Assembly: GCA_044892525.1 (NCBI GenBank)
Contig: CM097888.1
Span: 17,608,001 to 17,672,000, forward strand
Length of the DNA: 64,000 nt
Direction: 5' to 3'
Source: Schmidtea polychroa
Taxonomy: Eukaryota
This document shows positions 13,050-24,740 of this stretch, one piece after another. The notes below the pieces were generated by a model. It was not told where the DNA came from. It saw only the letters and a list, made by a program, of their open reading frames with translations, and made no database searches. Within the stretch, counting starts at the first letter, position 1; each line of letters opens with the position of its first letter. Both the position numbers and the translations under genes were made by a program.

Positions 13050-13426
13050 GGATATACGATAATGAATGGTTGGGAATTCAGGCAGATTCAGATGTCATGA
13101 TAAAGTCAAACTTCAAATATATCTTATTATAATATCTAACGAAATGGCATTATATTTTTTTACATTTTCATATTCATCATTATCAAATTTCTTATTTTCC
13201 ATTACATTTGAAATTGATAATCATTTTGGGCTTTTTCTTCATCAAGTTGTTTCTTGTTTGAAGTGGAAGAACTTGCATAGCAATTGCTTTTCTCATTGTC
13301 ATTTTCATTTTAAGCATGTTTTTGGACTATTTTAATGAATATAATATCTTATTTTAAATTCTTGTAGGTTTAAGAAATAAAATAATTTTTAATGTGTCAA
13401 TAATATTTACATTTACCGGAGTTTAC

Positions 13427-13515
13427 AGAAAGTAAGACCTGGTCTTACTTTCTAAAAAATGAGGTTTTTAAGAAAAAATTACAAATCCGAAAGTAAAACC
13501 GGTCTTACTTTCGGA
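13427..13515. repeat. two related palindromes 60 bp apart
   Basis: AGAAAGTAAGACC-T-GGTCTTACTTTCT (13427-13453, perfect 13-bp arms) and TCCGAAAGTAAAACC-GGTCTTACTTTCGGA (13486-13515, 1 mismatch). Confidence 0.9.
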
Positions 13516-13671
13516 GAATTAGATTAAATAATAAAAATTTAAAAAAATAATTATTTAAAATTTATTCATATGAACTACTTGATAAATCACAAATTTCTTC
13601 CGAATCTTCACTTAAAATCAATTCTTCGTTTGTTAACATAATAGTTTTAAGTTTTTGATTATATTTTTCAT

Positions 13672-13690
13672 TATATATATATATATATAT
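13672..13690. repeat. (TA)n microsatellite
   Basis: tatatatatatatatatat. Confidence 0.8.
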
Positions 13691-14635
13691 CATTGTTAAT
13701 TCCGTTTTCACAATTGTTGTTAGCAAGCCTATCCTAATCTATATTTATAATTTTATGAGTCAAATATGACCGTCATGAACGGGCTTAGTTTACTAATACT
13801 ATATATTTTATGTGATAAATTTTATGGGATATAACTTAACTTTAAATAATTATAAAAAATATTGTTTAAATTAATTATTTATAAATGATTTTTTTATTTT
13901 AATGATATTCTTGTTTAATTAAATTAAATTATACATAATATAAATAAATCACTAAAATAAAATATTATTTTTATTTTTAATGGTAAATCAAGCAACAAAA
14001 TAATAAAATAATTTATTTTAAATTTTAAAAATTTATTATAAATATGGTCATATTTTTAGTTCTATTCGGCAATCAAAAATTAGAGTAGAATGTGAATTCT
14101 AGAGGACTAGATCTCTCTGAATCTCAAACTAAAGCGAACATATTTTCTGGCCATCTTAACCAGGATCTATAATCTAGTTTTATCGTAAAGAATATTTTAG
14201 TGGGGATATTTTATTGTGTAATTAAGAATCTGATTTTGGGAAATTTTAAAATGTATTCTTTAAAATAAAATTTGTTTAATTTTACAGAATAAGATGATTA
14301 ATTTGATATAGAAAAGAAAAATTTAAAGAAAACTCAATTGTCAAGCAAGTAATTTATTCCAATATAATAAATACTGGAATCAAATTTTTTTATATAAATT
14401 AATCCAAAAAACTAAATTATTTTGGAAAAATTGCTATTTTTTAAAATAATCTACTATCAAAACAAAAGTAGTGAATATAATTGCAAAATATTTTTTTTAG
14501 AAAATTGTTATATTAATATATTATTTTAATTACCAAATCAGCATTATTTGTTTTATAAATAGAATAATCTAGTAATATCATAAATTTTAATTATTTTAAT
14601 TTACAATAATGTGAATCAAGTATATATTCTAGGTA

Positions 14636-14684
14636 AGTCGCAGCTCACTTCATATAGATGTGGCCTCTTGGTTGAGAACCATTG
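14636..14684. mobile_element. isolated right end of a hAT MITE
   Basis: GGTTGAGAACCATTG is the reverse complement of the CAGWGGTTCTCAACC-type TIR. Confidence 0.4.
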
Positions 14685-15009
14685 AAGTGAAGAAGATTAG
14701 GATGACCTAACTCATTCTCCTTAGATTGACCACTTGTTACCCATTGCTATAGACAACGTTGGATATGCGACAAAAGTCAGCAGAAGATGTAAAATATTAA
14801 TTTGAAATTCAAAAACTTGTATTTATTATTTATATCTTTTATTATATTATATTACATTGTATTTTATATTTATTTATATTATTTACATTTGTATTTGTTT
14901 ATAAATTTTTATATAAGCTCACCCTTGCCACATTATATTATATCATATTTATATTTTCTTATAAATTTTTACATAAACTCACCCTTCCCAAATTCTTTAC
15001 CCCATCGTC

Positions 15010-16184
15010 TTTCTACACTCTAACTACAAATCACGCCTGCAACCCTACCGAATCCATTACGTGTAGCATCGTTTCTTTCCCCACCACCATAGTAAGGTCC
15101 CCAGCCTCTGTCTTGGCGCGTTTTGATCATCACAGACCAAGGGCGCAAATTTAAAGCAGAACTGTTCAATTACATGACAAATTCCCTCGGCATCAAACAC
15201 TTACGCGTTTTCTCCTACCATTCTCTTGTGGAACGTGCTCATTGTAATATCAAAGCATCGCTTCGCATTCTCTCTATTTCCTTAAGATTGACAAAATCAC
15301 TAACATTCGTACTACTTGGATGCTACAATACAGCTAATTATTCTAGCGGGGTATCTCCAGCGCAATTACTGTTTGGCATGAATACACGCATGCCATCGTT
15401 ACTAATAGAGACCGATTCAGACTTCTAGTTACAACAGCTAAATTATGACCACAGCCACTTCTTATCCTTAGATTCCAACCCTTCCTTCACATACTCAACA
15501 TTGTACAAACCCTACATCCCAAAGTCACTCCTATCAGCTTCGTACGCCTGGTTAAAATGCATCGATACCTCAAAATCTCGTTATAAAGGACCTTTCCCGG
15601 TGATCAAACTTTTCACAAACACTGCTCAGTTACATATCGACGGTACACTACTCATTATAAGCTTAAGTCGTCTCAAACCTGCCATCGTTCTAAACGATCA
15701 ACACAATCTACCACCCCCTTCACCTTCCAGTCAACGAAGACTTGGAGGAAGACCCTTCCTGTGTTCCACATCGTGGCACTGATCCCCTTCCATCTATTCC
15801 ATCTGCTGAACTCCTACCCGGCCCATGTTCAACAAACCGCATCCACTGTCCCCACAATACCTTGCAGATTACCTGCTGGACACTACCACGCTTCAGTGGG
15901 GGCTATTGTAGTGCCTCCGTTTTATTCATATTTAAATATTTATTTATATAGATATATTATATTATAATATACTAAAAAGTACTATATAGAAAATAAAAGT
16001 ATTAAAAAAAACTTATTTAAATAATCAGAATAAGAAACAAAAACGCACGTTCGAAATATATAGTAACAAGAAGATAAAGAAGAGATGAAGCGCAACAATA
16101 AAATTTATAAAATTTATCATCCAGAACCAGTATCGCAGTCAAATCATTATTATCATCAGATAGAATTGAGATCGCGACATCACA
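15010..16184 (+). mobile_element. Gypsy integrase relic with PPT and 3' LTR
   Basis: IITDQGRKFKAELF...GIKHLR...LVERAH and GVSPAQLLFG integrase motifs, and RYKGPFPV. GTGGGGG PPT, then TGTAGTG (15907) to CATCACA (16184). Confidence 0.75.
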
Positions 16185-16199
16185 ATTTTATACTCAATA

Positions 16200-16860
16200 A
16201 ATTTTGGACGTTATTAATTATAATGTATTTCATAGTTACGATACGGAATTTACAAAAGTAGAAGACAAAGACCATGAACGATAAATCAATCCCTTCACCA
16301 TATTTCTCTTATAATTAAATTCAGAATCAGTGTCAGTTAGTTTTCTATAAATATCTATCTCATATTGTTTCTCTATGCGTTGTATTAACAAATCCAAGAA
16401 AGCAAGTGCTGAATTTATCTTCGTGTCACATGTGAATGCAATGTTTTATATGGATTATTCATATAATGCAAAAATGACTCAAAATGCAACTGATTTTGAA
16501 ATATAAGAAAAATATCATCCACATAACGTTTATGAACGGTGGGTTTCATAAATTGGAAAAATGCAATTTCCTTTTCTAAACTTGCCAAAAAATTGAAGCC
16601 ATAGAACCCATAGCAACTCCATTTATTTGTAAATACCGTTCATTATTGAAAAGGAAATTTACTTTGGAAGTACCAAATTCAAGAAGTTTGCGAAATGCCC
16701 TTCCTTCCAAAATATGCTGTTCAGATATGCTTTCATTCGATAATAAGCAACAGAAATCAATAGTTTCAACCAATGTTACATTAATAAACAAAAAACAAAC
16801 ATCAAGCGAAGCCATAATTTCATCCACACTTTTTCTATAATATTGTGCGATGCAGGACAC
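16200..16860 (-). mobile_element. Penelope-like RT relic
   Basis: YLQINGVAMGS motif. Colinear similarity, with deletions, to the Penelope copy at 31250-31900. Confidence 0.8.
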
Positions 16861-17195
16861 AAATTCAAACTACCTTTACATGCGAATGGTAAATATAAAG
16901 GTGTACAGTCCCGAATATTAATTTAAATCATCATGCACTTTATGTGCCTTGTTTATCACATTCATTTAATTTAATAATATGTGATGCTACTTCCAGCAGT
17001 ATATACTGTAAAAATGTTTTTGGTATACTTCAACGTTTATACTGCCTATTTTCTGCATCTATGAAAAGGTGGGAAATATTTAAAAAATATTCAAATATTA
17101 CCTTTAAACCATTGTGTGATACTCGTTAGGAAGCTATAGTACATTCAGTGAGAGCTATATACGAACAATTTGAGCAAACTTGTAATGGTCTTGAA

Positions 17196-18830
17196 CAGGG
17201 GTCTCAAACACGCTGCCCGCGGGCCTTATGCGGCCCTCAACAATACCCAACATTTAACAAAAACGTAAATTTTAAATTCTTAATGAATCTATAAATTTAA
17301 TCAACAACAAAACAACAAAAAATCAACAAGCAAAAAAACGAACACTTGTGGAAGAAAAATAATTTTTCAAAAGAAATGGGAGATTTTATATTTTTTCACG
17401 GAGGTAAAAGATAAAATACAATGCCTTATTTGCCAGCAAACGATTGCTGTTTCTAAAGAATATAACGTGCGTAAGCATTACGACACAATGCATCGTGATA
17501 AATATGATGAGTTTATGGGGAAAATCGGAGAAGAAAAAGTTCAGCAACTCAAAGCAGCCTATGCCACGCAAAGAAATTTCTTCTCAAACATCAACAAAGA
17601 CAGTGAAGATTCAGTAAGGACAAGTTTTGTGCTATGTGAAATGATTGATAAATCATCACGACCTTTCACAGAAGGATCATTTATAAGGATCATCACTTCT
17701 TGTCTTGCAGTAGACATTTGTACAATTTTAAAATATCTATCGCATTCTTTAATGAATGTTTCAACATCATCTCCTATATGATTGTTGAGGATACCTAAAT
17801 GAAAAATAATATAGTAAATAAATTACTTGGGGGAAAATCGTCATGACAAAGGGAACGATCTATGGGAACTCAGAAAAGAAAATGAAAGTCAAAAGAAATT
17901 AAAAATGAGGAAGATTAATCAAATAAAAGGAAACAAACAAGAAATTAAAAACAAAGGTCATTTTTAATTAAGAAGTACAAATGAATGTGGAATTTCAAAT
18001 TCCAGAAAAACAAAATAAGGGGAAAAGTCGTATCTTGACAGCTTGTCAAAGATAGCGATATTGTCGGGAGAAGGCGGCTTAACAAAAAAGGAAAATGGAA
18101 AAATATCTTGATGTCTGTCAGAGATAAGGCTGACGTAGAGGAAAAGTAAAAGGGTAAACAGAATCTGTCGCCAGTGCCACAAATAAAATAACTATATAAA
18201 GTAAAACTAGTGGACACGAAATCGAAAAAAAGGTTGAAAAAGTGAGAGACAATTTGTGAGACGATTTGAGAGACAATTTGAGAGATAAAATTATTGGAGA
18301 AAATTAGACAAAGTCGGACGAAACGTTGTTGGAGAAACGATTGTGAAAAAGAATTGTAAAGAAAAAAGTTGTGAAGAATAATTGTTTGGAGAAGATTTGA
18401 TTAAAGGAATTTAAAAAATTTAACGAAAAGAAGTTACTTGATTATTTGAATAAACTTGTTAAGAAGGTCAAAGAAAACAACCAGCTCAAAGTCCCAGTTG
18501 ATAAACCAATTAGTAATTTGTAATCTTTTAATCCGGTGTTATAAAAATCGAAGCTCTGGTGAATCAAAACGGTGCCAATTAAGTGGTCATAAAAGTTAAC
18601 TGAATAAGCTACAGTGCTTTAATATAAAAAACTGTCATATTATGAATAAAATGTGCAAGTTGTAATGTCTACTAGTTGTATAGTAGTTGAATAAATATAT
18701 GATTTCACTAGTTAAGCATTTTTCTGTACTGTTTTATTTTATAGTACTATAAAAAATATTTGATGCGGCCCTCAAATTGGTGTTCTTGTCCTAAATTGGC
18801 CCTCATCGTGAGTTGAGTTTGAGACCCCTG
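17196..18830 (+). mobile_element. Charlie/SPIN-type hAT element, internally deleted
   Basis: TIRs CAGGGGTCTCAAAC / GTTTGAGACCCCTG. 8-bp TSD GTCTTGAA/CTCTTGAA (7/8). GTF2IRD2-like fragment RKHYDTMH...KSSRPFTEGSFI. Confidence 0.9.
17690..18500. mobile_element. LTR-retrotransposon debris (minus-strand gag piece plus plus-strand LTR) inside the Charlie element
   Basis: Minus strand HIGDDVETFIKECDRYFK is gag-like. The LTR start TGTTGAGGATACC at 17783 is homologous to 1-426. The right boundary is uncertain. Confidence 0.55.
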
Positions 18831-19284
18831 CTCTTGAAGAACTTATTATAACTAGTAATGATAACGCAGCAGTATCTGAAGCTCAAAGTTTATTACATTT
18901 AGTACAAACAATGCCATTTATATTAAGTTTAACAATATGGTTTACTGTATTGTCTAAAATTAATAATATTAACAAATTATTGCTATTAGAAGCTGCTAAA
19001 ACATCTTCTAAATTATTTTTTAAATCCGGTTCAAAAGTTAACGACATAATTCCAATTATTTATTATATGACATATTGTATAATTTTAAACAAATTTTCAG
19101 CGTTGAATAAAATATTTTCAAAACCATTTATCAAAATATTTCAATATTTAAAACATATTTATTTAAAAAATTTTCATTAATAAAATTTCTTTTTAAAAAG
19201 CTATTTTAATTTTTAATTCAAAAATTTCAACTTAAAAAATTAAAATTTAAAAATTATTTAAAAGTTATTTTAATAGTCAATTAT

Positions 19285-21454
19285 TTACAATTTAAAATTA
19301 TTTTGATAATCTTTTTTACTTAATTCTCTTACGGCAAGCTTTATAGGCCCGAGAACTTGCGATATTTCCTTTAAAACATCGATATTTGCATTACAAAATT
19401 GTTTTTGACCTAGTTCAATTAAGGGTGTATTTATACAGTTACTCAATTTTAAAAAACGATTTATCATAGGAAGAATAGAATTCCAGCGAGTCTTGCAATC
19501 GAGTAACAAGCGAAGTTTTTTGCCTTTTTGCACAAATACATGTTTTTGTTGAATACTGCTTCTTACAGATGACTTTTTAAAAAATTTTATTATTTTTCGA
19601 GTCTCAGTTAGAACGACTTCAATATCATTAGGGACTTCGGGAATATCACTTATAGTTTCATCATCAAAATTTAAATTGGAGTCAGAAACAAATAAATCAA
19701 CGTGCCCAATATTATCACTTTCATCAGAATAGTCATCATCGTCTTGGAATTCTTCATTTGAATCATCGTCTTCAGCATCAACATCTTTTGGCTGCAACCT
19801 TTTTTATAGAATACATCAAGGACACCAAGATGGATGCCATGGTTATAATACAGTTGAGAAAATGCTTGAAATTTTTTTCCGTATTTCACCATAACTGAAG
19901 CACCATCATGGGTCGATGCGACAACATCTGAATTCATATGGATTCCAAAATCCGCAAGCATGTCTTTGACTAGCTTTATTGTGACATCGCAATCACAAGA
20001 ACCCTCGATAGGTATGAGGCCAAGAACGCTAGAATACATTCCTGTTGAGTGAATTGTAAGATTCATATATCTTCTGACATTAATATCACTCCACTCATCT
20101 ATCGTAATACTAAATCTTTTTACTGATTTTTGTTCCTTAAAAAAGGAAATAAGTTTTCTCTTTTTATCTTCATAAAATTGCATAATGTGCTTCATCACCG
20201 TTGTTTCACTTCTTGGCATTTCGTAGTTCCGGCTTCTTACAAAACCTCGTATAGCTTCAGATAATGTTATTTCTCTGATACTAAATCCATCCTTAGCTGC
20301 ACATTTAGCTAATATTTCATTTAAAGATTCTCGGCCAAAAAAATTCAACATAGCTCCAGATTTGGGTTTCTTTGAAGAAGAAGTGTCATTTGTGTCTTCA
20401 CTTTTTTTATTGTACAAGAAAACGCTGTGTAGCTTTAGGTGGTTTATCATGCCAGTAGTATTGGCTCCTTGCCGTTGAATGGTGATTTGGCATAAGTTAC
20501 ATGTCGCCTCATTTTTTCGTTTTTTTGTAAAATGTTTCCACACTTTAGATTTATTTAAGGACATTTTGGTGACTTGTTTCTTGGTATAGATTTAAAAAAA
20601 GAAATTATATCAATTTAGAATTTTCCGAATAACTCAAAACAAGATTCGTAAAATATACATGAATTCTAAAAATAATAAAAAATATATTAATCGGGAACGT
20701 ATTTACAGATTTGTAAAAAGTTTACCTACATATAACAAAATTTATATTTTAAATAAAAGAAAGATCTACTAAGTTAACGTTTTTGTTGAAAGTCAGCAGA
20801 TAATTATAAATTAATTTACGAAATATTATATTATAACTACATGTAGTTTACTTTTCGAATTGTAATGCTTTAATAAATCGATCATACAGTAAAGATTTAT
20901 TAAAAAAAAATTAAGATGGGAATTATTATTATTTAGAATATAGTTATTTCGGTAAACAGAACGCGAATTCAATGGTTAAAATTATTGAGAAATTTTTATA
21001 AGTTGACAAGACTTACTTTTCAGTTTTGAGATCATGGTTTCACAAGTTTCACTGCTTCTACTAGTACTTGTATTCACAAAAATTAAACGTGTTTAGTTTA
21101 TGTGTTAACACTTTAAAAGTTCTCACAAAACTAAACTAATATAAAAATTTTAATGCTAAATGCCTAATATATAAAAATAAAATTGTAATTTCAACTAGGC
21201 AACTAGATTCAAATTCCTTTTTAAAAAAAAACAAAAAATCCGAGAAATTCAAATTTTCAATGCTTGAGCACATCACTTAGATTTAAATTAAAATCCACGC
21301 ATATTTTTAAAAAATATTTTTGGTTGATATGTTTAAAAAAAATCAAATACAAGCCCGAGTATAATTATCGTATTTACCCGGGTAATCGAGTAATCGAAAA
21401 AAACAATAAAATTCCGAGTACCCGAGTACTCGATACTCGAGGTTGGATTCACTA
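19285..21454 (-). mobile_element. BED-finger hAT transposon, frameshifted and 3'-truncated
   Basis: BED finger VWKHF...CNLC...TTGMINHLKLH, catalytic IDEWSD and THDGAS, and DCKTRWNS. Frameshift near 19797. Left end TAGTGAATCC at 21454 with CCGAGTA subterminal repeats. Confidence 0.85.
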
Positions 21455-21489
21455 ATACCCATATTAAGTTAAATAATAGACATATTGAT

Positions 21490-21900
21490 AATAATTATGA
21501 GAAATTTATACAAATATTTGACGTTTTAGAACCTTGCACATGACCATTTGATGAAACATTTTCACCTTGGCTGAAAGGGGAAGAAAAAAGTTACACAATT
21601 AGGCGAAATTCTAAAATTTAACATTGATATCAACGAATTTCGTGATTTTGTTGATGCCAACATACAGTCACAAAATATTCAGTTGCTTTAAACCATTTTG
21701 AAGGCAAAGAAAATAGCTAACACCATAGCAGTTAGCAGTGCAGAAGCCGAACGAGGATTTTAGTTTGATGAATACAATTGTAACAAAGTTAAGAACTAGC
21801 TTAACAATAGATCATATTGCAGATCTAATGTCCATAAATTAATTGGGAAAGCCAGTCAATGATTTCGATGCAACACCCATGAAATAAATGAAAATCACAG
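21490..21900 (+). pseudogene. hAT C-terminal dimerisation-domain relic
   Basis: [36 protein letters not shown], with frameshifts. Confidence 0.75.
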
Positions 21901-21943
21901 ACTGGCAACAGAGACGAGAGTGAAAAAAGGCCAAGAAGTTTTT

Positions 21944-22014
21944 GGGAAATGAAGTAGGCATGTGAAGCTTATATTAATGCATTAATAAGGGCATATATGC
22001 CTACTTCATTTCCC
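21944..22014. repeat. 71-bp hairpin
   Basis: Perfect 18-bp arms GGGAAATGAAGTAGGCAT / ATGCCTACTTCATTTCCC enclosing the 16-bp palindrome TATTAATGCATTAATA. Confidence 0.9.
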
Positions 22015-22755
22015 GCTGTAATACTGTTTATATTTATGTATTAACGTATTAACGCTTAACCCTACACTGCATGACTTTTTATATTTGATAGGAAAAAACT
22101 TTCACTTAAACTGTAAGACGTTTTAAAAATTGATTTGGTAATACAAAACTATTGAGAATTACATTACGGTTTTTTTGTATTATATTGCAAATATAGCCAA
22201 TACAATTGTTGGGGTCACACCTCGGCGGACTACTCTACAATATTGGCTGGCCTAAGGGTTGATTGTCCATCTCGAATAAAATGTGCTACTGCCTTGTCAA
22301 CCTGGAGTGAAACCCCACATAACTTTCCTCCAACATAGTGCCCATGAATTACTTCACGTTGGTACTGCACTATGCAGGCGAGACGCCAGCAAGCAGGTGA
22401 GCTTCTGCCTTAAAACTACTCCTTGCTGAGGCCTCGACTTCCCATTCACGACTGCCGATAGAAGGGCTTACGTCTATCTCATTACACCACCGTTTGTCAG
22501 GATTTCGCGAAAAGCAAATCGGGGATTATTCATTAGCTCTCGAAGACTCTTTATTCATCCTATTTAATTAAAGTCTGGCTATTCATAAACGAAAGCATAT
22601 AAAACAACAAAATTTATTAATTTCAACGTTAAGATACAAGGATTCAGCTGTACACATCACGAATGTTTGTCGAAAGGAAAAGAAAAACATTACAACAAAT
22701 GTGGTTCGACTTCTCAACAGGCTTCAGGAATACCGCTGTGGTTCTCTTATTTTCC

Positions 22756-23496
22756 TCATTCGGTGTCGGCGAGTAACTCGTCTAGATTGAAGAATTCGGA
22801 GGCGTTTTCCTCCCATGTCACGCCAGCTGCTGAGATGATGCGTGCTGGGGGTCCTACTGTCAAGTCGATGGACACGCGAGAACTACTACCACCAGTTGAG
22901 TTTTCTATTGATGGGATGCTTGGCTTTGTGGATGCGCGCTCACGCTGTCGCTTCTTACGCTCTGCACGAGATAATTGTTTGCGCTTGGGTTTGCTCGTAG
23001 ATGTGACTTGCTGAAGCGCAGCGGGTACAGAGGTACTAGAAGTTGAGGTCTTACTAGTACCCGTGATGACGACGTCCGGTCGCATAGGTGACATTTCGGT
23101 TTCCACGCAGTCTCGACATGGTCTCTTGAGCGGTGGAGATGGATTCGATGAGGAGTTATGATGAGGCGGGAAGATGTTATCGGCCTCTTTGATTGGAATC
23201 TGTACGATTTTTTGTGTTGTGGCTGCTTGCACGTAGACTTTGTGCAGCGCTTCGGCCTGTTCTTTAATTAGGCTTCTTTGAGCACGGCTCTCGGCGATTA
23301 GAGCGTCACGACAGTGCTCACTCCTGTACAGTTTCTTTTGCGTCTCTTTCATTTGAGTGGGGGTAAACCAGGTGCCCTCCAACTCATCTATCTTCTTTTT
23401 ATATCGCCCGATCTGGGCCTGAAGATCCTTTATAATCGCGTTTTTGTCCGCGCAAGAGAAGCAAGGACGTAAGGTGGATTTCGTAGTTGGCAGCAT
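22756..23496 (-). CDS. orphan 246-aa protein: CxxC, coiled coil, second CxxC, S/T-rich linker, basic NLS-like patch, acidic C-terminus
   Basis: Intact ORF with an acceptor (TTATTTTACAG) 10 nt upstream of the ATG and AATAAA signals downstream. A diverged homolog lies at 57240-57863. Confidence 0.7.
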   Translation of the reverse strand: MLPTTKSTLRPCFSCADKNAIIKDLQAQIGRYKKKIDELEGTWFTPTQMKETQKKLYRSEHCRDALIAESRAQRSLIKEQAEALHKVYVQAATTQKIVQIPIKEADNIFPPHHNSSSNPSPPLKRPCRDCVETEMSPMRPDVVITGTSKTSTSSTSVPAALQQVTSTSKPKRKQLSRAERKKRQRERASTKPSIPSIENSTGGSSSRVSIDLTVGPPARIISAAGVTWEENASEFFNLDELLADTE

Positions 23497-24212
23497 AATT
23501 GATCAACTGTAAAATAAGGAACTATAACGACTTAGTAAATCTTTTATATGAATAAGATCGCGGGTCGAATGAAGTTGGTTGGTCACTGTCAGCAGTTGGC
23601 GGGTACTCAGAATAAGTAGGGGAATGGATTTCCCTTCTAGATGATTTGTAACATCGCTTTTATTTAACGAATAGCTCATTAAAGGGGTAGCATTGACGAA
23701 TGCAAATAAATCATTAACTTCGAAATTGAGAGGGTTTATTAATTACTAAATCGCCCTATAATTGTTGGTCTATAAAACATATCGAATTATTTAATGGTAT
23801 CTTTGAATATTGTTTAAAATACTCTTAATTATCATTTAAAATTTTTACCATGGTTATTCAAAATGTTATTATTCACGAACTCGAATTAATTTACCTATTA
23901 TTTAAAATTACTATTAATTGTTCGTTAGATCACTCGTAACACTCGAATTGACAATTTCCGACTCTATTATTAACGCTTGGTTTTAGTTTTCCACCATTAG
24001 TTGGCATGTCGTGATTATCCCCACTGAACTTAGTCATATTCGTTGCCGTTTAAGTTGATTAATTTAAATCATGGTAATCTATCATTATTAATTTAGTGGT
24101 TCGATTTTCCCTTTGAATTGTTTCCTGCAGAAGAATAATTATCGGTAGTTATTAATTTAGCCGTTTCGTTATTAGTCAAACTACTTTATCCAAAAATTCC
24201 TAGTGAATAGCC

Positions 24213-24740
24213 TATGTGATGTTACTGTGTGCGGTTATCTCTCGCTGGTCGCGTTACAGCACCAACTTTAAGCGAACTACCGTCTGTCACTCATGGAGCT
24301 ACTATGCTGATTAATCAATGTCCCTTCGTTATCAGTTGTAATGCTGGAATCTTTGCTAGATACGACATATGGAACACGGATTACTATGATTAGCCATGCA
24401 CTCGCTGCGTCATTATCATCCATCCTCGTGTGTATTTCTCAGGTAATTCTACAGATGGTGTTGCTACCCATATTCATGCTAGTATGCCTAATCAATGGAA
24501 AATTTATCTGCACCCACACATCATATGGACTAATTCTCAACCGTCCAGTTTTCCTGACAATTCTCTCACTTGGATTTTTTGGAATTATTTACTATGTGTG
24601 GAGATTTTCCTCAATTCTGGATATTACTTGATGGAAAAGTTCTACAATTCAACTCCCTACTCTATGTGGGTATTATTTCGATGTTAGACATCCTGATGTG
24701 ATGGTGTGGAAACCGCTGAACGGGTATTTCTAGTTTATTA
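24213..24740 (+). pseudogene. degenerate second cargo ORF of element copy A (hydrophobic, Cys/aromatic-rich)
   Basis: Long overlapping near-open frames (24341-24631, 24430-24687). Short matches VT.P.L.E and PFVI.C to 9265-9380. Confidence 0.35.

Larger units (their letters stand above)
16870..19010 (+). pseudogene. hAT transposase relic (ZMYM1-like type) split by the Charlie insertion
   Basis: GKYKGVQSRIL, VPCLSHSFNL and KPLCDTR*EA motifs. The frame resumes after 18830 (SEAQSL...FILSLTIWFTVLSKIN). Confidence 0.7.

Noticed and set aside
4731-14684. A 10-kb Pack-hAT bounded by matching TIRs (CAGAGGTTCTCAACC ... GGTTGAGAACCATTG) that would carry the host-gene fragments
   Set aside because: The flanking 8-mers differ (CTATATAT versus AAGTGAAG), so there is no TSD. 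These are more likely ends of two separate MITE copies.
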